Origin: Candidatus Saccharimonadota bacterium
Lineage (GTDB): Bacteria; Patescibacteriota; Saccharimonadia; JAGOAT01
Length of the DNA: 50,280 nucleotides
Direction of reading: 5' to 3'
NCBI GenBank assembly: GCA_017983775.1
Contig: JAGOAT010000002.1
Span: 1-50,280 of the forward strand
A program made the position numbers and the translations under genes. Numbering within the stretch: position 1 is the first letter of the stretch; each line of letters opens with the position of its first letter. This document shows, piece by piece, positions 27,855 through 34,449 of this stretch. Below the pieces are notes generated by a model. The model was given only the letters and a program-made list of their open reading frames with translations, was not told the DNA's origin and made no database searches.

Positions 27855-27933
27855 GGGGGTGTATAGTTTTGTGTTATCTACTCAGATCATAAGTAAGTCT
27901 GATGCTGTTATCATTAAGGTATTAGCTTAGCAA

Positions 27934-28018
27934 GGTGATACCGTACAAACTAGATCATTCATTATATAGTTGAGATATCAATCCAAAACTTATCTCTAAA
28001 AAAGCCTAAGGTGTCTCC
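27934..28018. repeat. 85-bp TIR-bounded AT-rich element, copy 3 of 3
   Basis: GGTGATACC ... GGTGTCTCC. Near-identical to copy 1, and the similarity continues through 28019-28097 up to the tRNA 3' end. Confidence 0.7.
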
Positions 28019-28045
28019 GGTATTGCGGGCATTGCGTACAGAAAC

Positions 28046-28084
28046 AAAAAAAACCACTTCTCTCGTCGTGAGAGGAGTGGTTTT
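28046..28084 (-). terminator. Rho-independent terminator of the tRNA-Ala transcript
   Basis: 13-bp stem (28052-28064 / 28070-28082) followed on the minus strand by a run of 8 U. It is homologous to the 8696-8734 hairpin, with compensatory changes. Confidence 0.6.
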
Positions 28085-28097
28085 AGAGAGACGGTTG

Positions 28098-28174
28098 TGG
28101 TGGAGTATGGCGGATTCGAACCGCCGACCTCTTGCATGCCATGCAAGCGCTCTAACCAACTGAGCTAATACCCC
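28098..28174 (-). tRNA. tRNA-Ala (GGC), CCA encoded
   Basis: The reverse complement GGGGTATTAGCTCAGTTGGTTAGAGCGCTTGCATGGCATGCAAGAGGTCGGCGGTTCGAATCCGCCATACTCCACCA has the G3:U70 identity pair and anticodon loop AUGGCAU. Confidence 0.92.
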
Positions 28175-28260
28175 ATATACTATCTGCAGAGATATTATAA
28201 CAAGATTGACATTAAACTGGAAGTTTATTTTGGGTTATCACAGTTTTTAACAAGTCAAAA

Positions 28261-29070
28261 TTAGTCTGTTGTCTTGAGTAAGCTAATCGAAGTATCCAAG
28301 CTAATTAGCCCACCCAAAAAATTCTCAAGTACCCGACTATCTGGAGAGTCACCAGGTATTTGTTCCCAGAAAGAATAGTCAGTCAGCCATACTGTCTGCA
28401 ATCTATTCTCAAGGTCAAGAACAACCTCGGGATTAAGTCCTTGGTTATCAAGTAGGTATAACAGGTTTAATACTTGGTTGAGAGATTCAAAACGTTGATC
28501 TAAGCCAACACTAACTAACTGTCTTTGATGGTAATAGATTTTTGCGATGCCTATCTGAAGTACCAACTCAAACTTGTCAGCTTTCAGTACCTTGATCAAA
28601 TCATAGACCTCTTGCAGTTGATGACTAGTGATTGGCTTGGTAATTTCAAGATCTAGTGTTACTTTTTGGTTAATATCCAATTCATAGGTAAGCCCTAGGA
28701 AATTTCTCGGCCAATTTTGGGTTTGAATCTGGATTGTTTGAGGATTGATCTCTTCTAGGTAATTGGTGTCTGACAATTGGTAAGTATTTTTTAGCTTAAG
28801 TTTTGGACATATCAAGGATATTAGTTGATCGATCTGATAATTGGCTACTTGATTGACCTCAAACTTGGGTGCAGACTCTATAGCTAGCGGCTGGTCTGAG
28901 CAGTATTTAGTATAAGAATTATCTATTTGATACTGGTCGGTTCGTTTTTCAATCCTTAGCTTATTACTAATATGGTGGTATGTTACGATTACTATAATTG
29001 CTCCTATGGCAAAACAAATTGCAATCAAGCTGGGCAAGAGTATATCAAATTTTGGCCTAGGTATCCCCAT
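28261..29070 (-). CDS. Bitopic membrane protein (269 aa), last gene of the synthase operon; unknown function
   Basis: The start codon abuts the stop of the GT2 gene. One N-terminal TM (LLPSLIAICFAIGAIIVIVTY), with the rest predicted to be outside. Confidence 0.6.
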   Translation of the reverse strand: MGIPRPKFDILLPSLIAICFAIGAIIVIVTYHHISNKLRIEKRTDQYQIDNSYTKYCSDQPLAIESAPKFEVNQVANYQIDQLISLICPKLKLKNTYQLSDTNYLEEINPQTIQIQTQNWPRNFLGLTYELDINQKVTLDLEITKPITSHQLQEVYDLIKVLKADKFELVLQIGIAKIYYHQRQLVSVGLDQRFESLNQVLNLLYLLDNQGLNPEVVLDLENRLQTVWLTDYSFWEQIPGDSPDSRVLENFLGGLISLDTSISLLKTTD

Positions 29071-30303
29071 TTAGATTCCCTTTCTTTCCCACTTTTGCCA
29101 ACGCAGTTTGCGCTTTCTGATACTCAGGTAGACACTCTGCATTAAGGCTAGGTATTCAACCCAGACCAAGATATAGATTAGCGGCCATAGATAAATCCAA
29201 GATAAGCCAAACTTTAGTTTACGTTCTGACACCTCAAATATTGCTAAGATAATGAATCCTACTGCAAAGAAACTAATACTTAGTGCTAATCCCAGTGGGT
29301 TACGTTTGATTACATTGTCGATAAAGAAGTAGCTCAGAGAGATAGGTTCGATCAGTAGTTGAAGCTCAAGCAAGATAGAGCTTGGTAGTAGACCCCAGGT
29401 CAAGAGCTTGTTGTGTTGTGGCTTTCTCGAGAAGAACATTTCACGGTATTTGTCAAAAGTTTCAAATCGACCCTTTTTCCAACGGATCCTTTGTTTGACT
29501 AGTCCATAGATACTACTTGCTCCTTCGGTGTAACAAACTACATCACTAGCATACTTACTCTTTAGGCCATGAAATTGTGTTCGAAGTGACATCTCTATGT
29601 CTTCCGTAAGATTTGCAGTGTCAAACTCTCCAAATTGATCAAAGGTCAATGATTTGCGAAAGGCTGCACAGGCACCACCAAAAATGTACTCAATACCAAG
29701 TAGAGAATTTGCCTTCTTGGCATAAAAGCCAAAGCTATACTCAAAGTATTGGAGGTAACCAATCAGGCTTTGATAATTTGCAATCTCTACTCGCCCTACC
29801 AAACCAGCTAGACTAGGATCCAAGAAGTGATTAGAAAGATTATGCAATGCCTGTTTGTCCAGAATTGAGTCAGCATCCATAGTCATGATTACTTCAGAAT
29901 TAGCCAGTTTGAGTCCCTGATTGAGGGCATGGCCTTTGCCAGCATTGGCTTGATAATGATAGATGATATTTTTGCCTTTATGTTTTTTTAAGAAGGCTTT
30001 GATGAGTTTGTCAGAGTTGTCAGTTGATCCGTCATTGATAATAATTATTTCTAGATTTGGATAATTATTATCCAGGACAGATTGAATTGTTTTGGTAATT
30101 CCTACTGCTTCATTCCAGGCTGGGATGATCACACTGACTGAGATAGGTTTAATTCTTTGTTTATCATAATTTTTTATTCTAAGACTCTCTTTGATATCAT
30201 ATATCGGTGCAATCAGCATAACAAAAAGGTAGCGAACTAGGAGACTTGCTGTACCAATGATTACAACCAGTCTTAAGGCTTGGTAGAGAAAATCAACTAT
30301 CAA
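29071..30303 (-). CDS. Processive family-2 glycosyltransferase (PgaC/IcaA/NodC/cellulose-synthase-like polysaccharide synthase)
   Basis: VSVIIPAWNE, IINDGSTDNS, TMDADS, LTEDIEMS and QRIRW (QxxRW), flanked by N- and C-terminal TM helices. 410 aa. Confidence 0.8.
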   Translation of the reverse strand: MIVDFLYQALRLVVIIGTASLLVRYLFVMLIAPIYDIKESLRIKNYDKQRIKPISVSVIIPAWNEAVGITKTIQSVLDNNYPNLEIIIINDGSTDNSDKLIKAFLKKHKGKNIIYHYQANAGKGHALNQGLKLANSEVIMTMDADSILDKQALHNLSNHFLDPSLAGLVGRVEIANYQSLIGYLQYFEYSFGFYAKKANSLLGIEYIFGGACAAFRKSLTFDQFGEFDTANLTEDIEMSLRTQFHGLKSKYASDVVCYTEGASSIYGLVKQRIRWKKGRFETFDKYREMFFSRKPQHNKLLTWGLLPSSILLELQLLIEPISLSYFFIDNVIKRNPLGLALSISFFAVGFIILAIFEVSERKLKFGLSWIYLWPLIYILVWVEYLALMQSVYLSIRKRKLRWQKWERKGI

Positions 30304-31030
30304 GGCTCTTTCCTGGTTTGAATTGATAGATCTTAATAGGTTGAGTAGCCAAGATAATAGATAGATTAGAGCTTTCGGGTTGTTTTGATAGCTGATCTAC
30401 TGAATCTATACTGTCCAATATATAGACTCGTCTATTGTTATTTTCTGAAGCAGTGTCTTCAATTATAAGAGGTGAGGACAATTTCAATCTTTCAATCGAA
30501 TCAATAGAGCCTTGGTCTGCTAGAGTTACCAATAGGCTATCTGAGTCTCGCCAATACAGATTTTGGCCATAATCTATGTATATTTTATCTAGGGTTATTG
30601 GATAATTGACCTTCTCTACAGATAAGCCAATTGGGCTAATGAGATAGATATTTGGTCTACTTGTATCAAAATTTTGATTGTGGCTTAAATCTTGGTTGAT
30701 TATCTTAACCCCTTGCACAAGAGGAAAGTCTATCGCCAGACTTTTTTCAATACTTGAACCAAAGATTATTAGAGTTACAAGGGAGATTAGGCAGTAAAAA
30801 CTCAATCTAATGACTTGTCTTAGTCCAATACGGTAGGGTATTTTTGATTTGATTGGGTTAGTATGTTGGGCTTGATCTGGTTTTGAATTATTGAGCCTAG
30901 TAATCAATTTGGCAACAATATTTAATACTAAACCAGAAACAATGAAGAAAGCCAAAATATCTAGTAGGATTCCGTGGCTCAATCTCAGGGAGTGGTAGAT
31001 CGAGAATATGCTAGATAGCCTAGATAGCAT
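30293..31030 (-). CDS. Membrane protein (245 aa, two N-terminal TMs plus an outer domain), unknown function
   Basis: Overlaps both neighbours by 11 nt, suggesting translational coupling within the operon. Confidence 0.55.
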   Translation of the reverse strand: MLSRLSSIFSIYHSLRLSHGILLDILAFFIVSGLVLNIVAKLITRLNNSKPDQAQHTNPIKSKIPYRIGLRQVIRLSFYCLISLVTLIIFGSSIEKSLAIDFPLVQGVKIINQDLSHNQNFDTSRPNIYLISPIGLSVEKVNYPITLDKIYIDYGQNLYWRDSDSLLVTLADQGSIDSIERLKLSSPLIIEDTASENNNRRVYILDSIDSVDQLSKQPESSNLSIILATQPIKIYQFKPGKSLDS

Positions 31031-31796
31031 TGATACTACATCGACAGCTTAGGCTAAATACACTACTTGGAGCTAAGATCTCCATAGTAGAATTGCCTAG
31101 GACATTATAGTGATTAGAGCCTATGGTTAGGTTCAGGGTTCTATTGTTTGTATTGTTTACAAATATGCTTGATTGGTTAGGATCTAACTCGATTTGATAG
31201 GAATTTAGCACTTGATTATTAGGGCTAAGGCTAGAGAGATTGAAGTTGTTTGGCCTAGGTTGCAAAATGGGCAGTAATGGTTCAATTGGCTCGATGGGTA
31301 AGAGGGGATTTGAAGTAGTAGGGATTGTAATGTTATCTATCTCGGATGAATTGTTGGAACTGGATCCAGGAAAGTTATTGACTGATGTAGTGACTTCTTC
31401 AGGTTGAATTTGGATAGCCGAAGTGTCTTCGGGGTTTTCTGCTTGGTCATCTTGACTGTTAGCTAGGGTTGAATTATTTGAATTGGTATCAGATGTAGTG
31501 ACTTCTTCAGGTTGAATTTGGATAGCCGAAGTGTCTTCGGGGTTTTCTGCTTGGTCATCTTGACTGTTAGCTAGGGTTGAATTATTTGAATTGGTATCAG
31601 AAGCAAGGGCGGTTTGGTTAATGGATCTGGAATCATTTGTCTTCTCAATTTTGACAAAATTGGGTAGATCAGCTAGATCAAAACGCAATTTGATCGGACT
31701 CCTGATTGCTAGATCTAAGCTAGTTCCCAGTATCAATAATAATGCTATATGCAATATGAACTTTCGTTTTGTAAATGTTTTGCTTGACAACTTCAA
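31020..31796 (-). CDS. Secreted/anchored Asn-Ser-Thr-rich protein (258 aa) containing a perfect 36-aa tandem duplication
   Basis: N-terminal signal/TM (FILHIALLLILGTSLDLA), with the duplicated unit SDTNSNNSTLANSQDDQAENPEDTSAIQIQPEEVTT. Confidence 0.6.
   Translation of the reverse strand: MKLSSKTFTKRKFILHIALLLILGTSLDLAIRSPIKLRFDLADLPNFVKIEKTNDSRSINQTALASDTNSNNSTLANSQDDQAENPEDTSAIQIQPEEVTTSDTNSNNSTLANSQDDQAENPEDTSAIQIQPEEVTTSVNNFPGSSSNNSSEIDNITIPTTSNPLLPIEPIEPLLPILQPRPNNFNLSSLSPNNQVLNSYQIELDPNQSSIFVNNTNNRTLNLTIGSNHYNVLGNSTMEILAPSSVFSLSCRCSINAI
31384..31599. repeat. Perfect 2 x 108-bp tandem duplication inside CDS 31020..31796
   Basis: 31384-31491 and 31492-31599 are identical when read base by base. 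Confidence 0.95.
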
Positions 31797-31879
31797 GTTG
31801 ACCTCCTTTTATTCAATTCCTCTTAAGACTATTATAGGGTATTTTAGATGAATTTACTAGCGGCCGTAATCTCTCACAT

Positions 31880-31943
31880 GTCGCGGACAGTCCGTAGTAT
31901 CTATAATCTAGTAAGGCAACAAAAGTCGCGGACAGTCCGCGAC
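31880..31943. repeat. Pair of GC-rich palindromes, 45 bp start-to-start: GTCGCGGACAGTCCG (31880-31894) and the perfect 19-mer GTCGCGGACAGTCCGCGAC (31925-31943)
   Basis: The 19-mer is its own reverse complement. The 27-mer CAAAAGTCGCGGACAGTCCGCGACAAT recurs at 42952-42978. Confidence 0.9.
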
Positions 31944-32020
31944 AATTTAGGGCGCCAAAGAGGACTTGGTTGGTCATAAGATGATGGTTAATTTTTTAAT
32001 AAAAAAGGGGAGGTCAAGGG

Positions 32021-32048
32021 TTGCTATTTTCTCCAAGTGGTTTATAAT
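32021..32048 (+). promoter_or_regulatory. Candidate promoter TTGCTA-16-TATAAT for the mini-LPXTG/GT2 operon
   Basis: -35 at 32021-32026 and -10 at 32043-32048. Confidence 0.3.
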
Positions 32049-32080
32049 ATATTTGTTCAATAAAAAGAGGAGGAGAGCAA

Positions 32081-32317
32081 GTGTCAGATGTTACAACAGG
32101 TCAGGTTTTGGGTGTCTCAACAGTATTGGGAGGAGCAGGAGCTGCAGTCACTAGCTTAGGAGGAAACGGGTCAGTTTTGGGGGATAGTGTGACTAGTGGG
32201 GTAGGTGTATTGCCCAATACCGGAGTTGCAATCGGGATTTTGATTGCAGTAGGTGTGGGTTTAGTCTTAGCTCTACTGACAGTTACTCGTTTACGTACCA
32301 AATCATCAGCAAAGTAA
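32081..32317 (+). CDS. 78-aa Gly/Val/Ser/Thr-rich protein with a complete C-terminal sortase sorting signal (LPNTG + TM + RLRTKSSAK)
   Basis: GTG start 7 nt after AGGAGG. The C-terminus reads GVLPNTGVAIGILIAVGVGLVLALLTVTRLRTKSSAK. The antisense ORF 32101..32301 is a mirror artefact. Confidence 0.65.
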   Translation: MSDVTTGQVLGVSTVLGGAGAAVTSLGGNGSVLGDSVTSGVGVLPNTGVAIGILIAVGVGLVLALLTVTRLRTKSSAK

Positions 32318-32336
32318 TCTAATAGATTTAATTGTT

Positions 32337-33698
32337 TTGAGTTTGACTGGGGTATTCGATCTGATTGCTATGATCAATTTTATATTGGTCTTATTGGGTA
32401 TTAGTGTATATAGCTATATATTTTTTGCAGCAATTTATTATAATCGATTGTATAAAAGTTTGATCAAAAATCAGGATGGACCAGATGAGGACAAACAAAT
32501 AGAACAAACCAGTCAGTCAGAAATTAGTCCAGTGTTCTCAGATATTAGTACTAGCTCCAATTATTTACCTAGTATCACAATCATCATCCCTGCCTACAAT
32601 GAAGAGAAGGTAATTATTCAGTGCTTAGAGAGTATTGCTAAAGTGGAGTATCAGGGGCTTAAGGTTGTTGTAGTGGATGATGGTTCGAGGGATCAGACAG
32701 CAAAACTAGTCCGTAATTTCATTGATCAGCATCGATTGTCTCCCAATCCATATAAGCTAGAATTCTATTTGCTCAACCAAGCTAATCAGGGGAAGGGTGC
32801 AGCGCTCAATAGTGTGATTTTTGATTATACTGATAGTGAGATAGTTGGGTGTCTAGACGCTGATAGTGAGATTGATCCTCGGGCAGTAACCAATGCGATC
32901 AGGCATTTTAACCTTGATAATTCAATTATTGCAGTTTCGAGCTATATTGATGTGATTAAAAAGCCGAGCTTGTTTTATTGGCTACAAAAGATTGAGTACC
33001 TCATAGCATTTGGCCTGAAGAAAGGGATAACTAGGGCAAATATGGATTATCTACTTCCTGGTCCGGGGTCATTTTTTGTTAGAGATAGTATTATCAAGAT
33101 CGGAGGCTATGATCACGATACTATTACCGAAGATCTTGGATTGTCGTTGAAGATAGTTGACTCTGATCTAGAGAACAAGAAGCTGTATTTTGCTAGTGAT
33201 GTGATTACTCGGACGGATCCGGTATCAAGTTGGCAGGATCTATATCGCCAAAGAAAGCGTTGGATTAGAGGATGGTTTCAAAATCTTTTAAGATATCGCA
33301 ATTTGCTGCTAAGTACAAGCAAAAGGCATAGCTGGCAATTGACAGTATTTTATCTTCCCTATCTGGTAATTAGTCAGTTTTTTGGTGTATTCCAGATTAG
33401 TATTTTATTTGTAACAATTATGATTAGCTTGATTGCTGGTAATCCCTGGGTCTTAGTGCTGCAAATCATATCAATACAAGCATTGATATTTTATTTTATC
33501 TTTACCGATGCCAATATTCTGCCGAGTAAAGAGCGCTGGAAGTTAAGTCTTGGCTCATTTTCTGTGATCGGGATGTTGATGGGGCTGAATCTTTTGCAGG
33601 CTGGGATTACGATTGGTGAGTACGGAAGGCTACTTTGGAGTATAGTGAGGCCAGATGTCAAAGATTCTGGTAGTTGGCAACATGTTTCCCGGAGTTAG
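32337..33698 (+). CDS. Second processive family-2 glycosyltransferase (polysaccharide synthase-like)
   Basis: ITIIIPAYNEE, VVVDDGSRDQT, LDADSEID, ITEDLGLS and RQRKRWIRGW (QxxRW), with multiple TM helices at both ends. The exact start is uncertain (TTG 32337 or a downstream ATG). Confidence 0.8.
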   Translation: MSLTGVFDLIAMINFILVLLGISVYSYIFFAAIYYNRLYKSLIKNQDGPDEDKQIEQTSQSEISPVFSDISTSSNYLPSITIIIPAYNEEKVIIQCLESIAKVEYQGLKVVVVDDGSRDQTAKLVRNFIDQHRLSPNPYKLEFYLLNQANQGKGAALNSVIFDYTDSEIVGCLDADSEIDPRAVTNAIRHFNLDNSIIAVSSYIDVIKKPSLFYWLQKIEYLIAFGLKKGITRANMDYLLPGPGSFFVRDSIIKIGGYDHDTITEDLGLSLKIVDSDLENKKLYFASDVITRTDPVSSWQDLYRQRKRWIRGWFQNLLRYRNLLLSTSKRHSWQLTVFYLPYLVISQFFGVFQISILFVTIMISLIAGNPWVLVLQIISIQALIFYFIFTDANILPSKERWKLSLGSFSVIGMLMGLNLLQAGITIGEYGRLLWSIVRPDVKDSGSWQHVSRS

Positions 33699-33785
33699 AT
33701 TTTCTAAGCTTGTAAACCTTCTGTAGTACCGATCAATTCTCAGGATTATTGAAAGTACTTTTTTGTTCTGTTAACTAATTAACTA

Positions 33786-33801
33786 ACCCTCCGAAGGGAG
33801 G
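33786..33801 (+). terminator. Possible terminator hairpin CCCTCC-GAAG-GGAGGG
   Basis: Perfect 6-bp GC stem about 85 nt after the GT2 stop. The T-tract is weak (ATAGAGCTTTT). Confidence 0.3.
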
Positions 33802-33869
33802 GATAGAGCTTTTGTGAGAAAAAAACAGTCTTAATATTGAATAATCTCTATTTCGAATTCCCGTCATTA

Positions 33870-34190
33870 ATTTATCACTTTCCGAGATCCTACTAACCCT
33901 TCTATTACGCCCTGAGCTCCCCCTTGTATCATCCCCCGAAACCCCATCTCTCTTTGTCATCCTCCAAAACTCGAAGGCTCCTCCTCTCGTCATCCTCCGA
34001 ATTCCCAAGGGGAATTACGGGGGATCTATCTCTACTGAGATTTGGATAATCACTTAATGCTAATGCTGGATCTCCATAATTTCTTACAGAAAGTTGGAAG
34101 ATGACGGAGTTGAAGGGAAGCTTTGGAAGATGACGAGAAGAAAATCAATGCAGAAAGGAGAGGTAGGTTAATAGAGCCTGAAGATGAGGA
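33870..34190. repeat. REP/BIME-like cluster A: direct and inverted copies of a GTCATCC(Y)CC unit with embedded hairpins
   Basis: Left-hand units start at 33927, 33954 and 33988. Inverted units (GGAAGATGACG-like) lie at 34096, 34126 and 34169. The cluster aligns with 40100-40330 and with the reverse complement of 48990-49170. Confidence 0.7.
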
Positions 34191-34348
34191 GATAGGTAAG
34201 TCTACCTACTATCAGATAGTAGGATGGGATTTTGATATCTACAGGATAGCCTCTGGCTGATTCTTTTGCATTATTTCTTCGAGTTCCTTAAATTGCGTTC
34301 AGAACGGAAGATGATTTTATTTGATAATTACGATATACTAGAAGTAGC

Positions 34349-34425
34349 GGCTGAGTAGCTCAGGTGGTTAGAGCACCAGATTCATAAACTGGAGGTCACA
34401 GGTTCAAATCCCGTCTCAGCTACCA
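34349..34425 (+). tRNA. tRNA with CAT anticodon (Met or Ile2), CCA encoded
   Basis: GGCTGAGTAGCTCAGGTGGTTAGAGCACCAGATTCATAAACTGGAGGTCACAGGTTCAAATCCCGTCTCAGCTACCA. It has a G1-U72 pair, an A31/A39 mismatch and one T-stem mismatch. Confidence 0.8.
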
Positions 34426-34449
34426 GATATTAACAAGACAAGGAATAGG

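Noticed and set aside
27962-28159. 65-aa minus-strand ORF from the track
   Set aside because: It is the tRNA-Ala gene plus its conserved trailer read as protein (MVRALAWHARGRRFESAILHH is the tRNA T-arm and acceptor).
31384-31599. Possible CRISPR-like or other non-coding repeat array
   Set aside because: There are only two units, directly abutting with no spacers, and in frame within a CDS. No CRISPR array or cas gene occurs anywhere in the window.
31966-32301. ORFs 31966..32154 (+) and 32101..32301 (-) overlapping the mini-LPXTG gene
   Set aside because: The GTG 32081 frame has the RBS and a complete LPNTG-TM-basic tail sorting signal. The other two frames are Gly/Pro/Arg-rich mirror artefacts of the GC-richer Gly/Val codons.
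33775-34008. 77-aa minus-strand ORF (MGIRRMTRGGAFEFWRMTKRDG...)
   Set aside because: It is composed entirely of the GTCATCC repeat units. The homologous repeat clusters at 40.1 kb and 49.1 kb do not keep an open frame, so the conservation is at nucleotide or structure level, not protein level.
34426-34449. T-box or other leader upstream of leuS (and of alaS at 17729-17735)
   Set aside because: The gaps are 24 nt and 7 nt, far too short for a T-box riboswitch. Repeat cluster A upstream of the tRNA lacks the T-box consensus.
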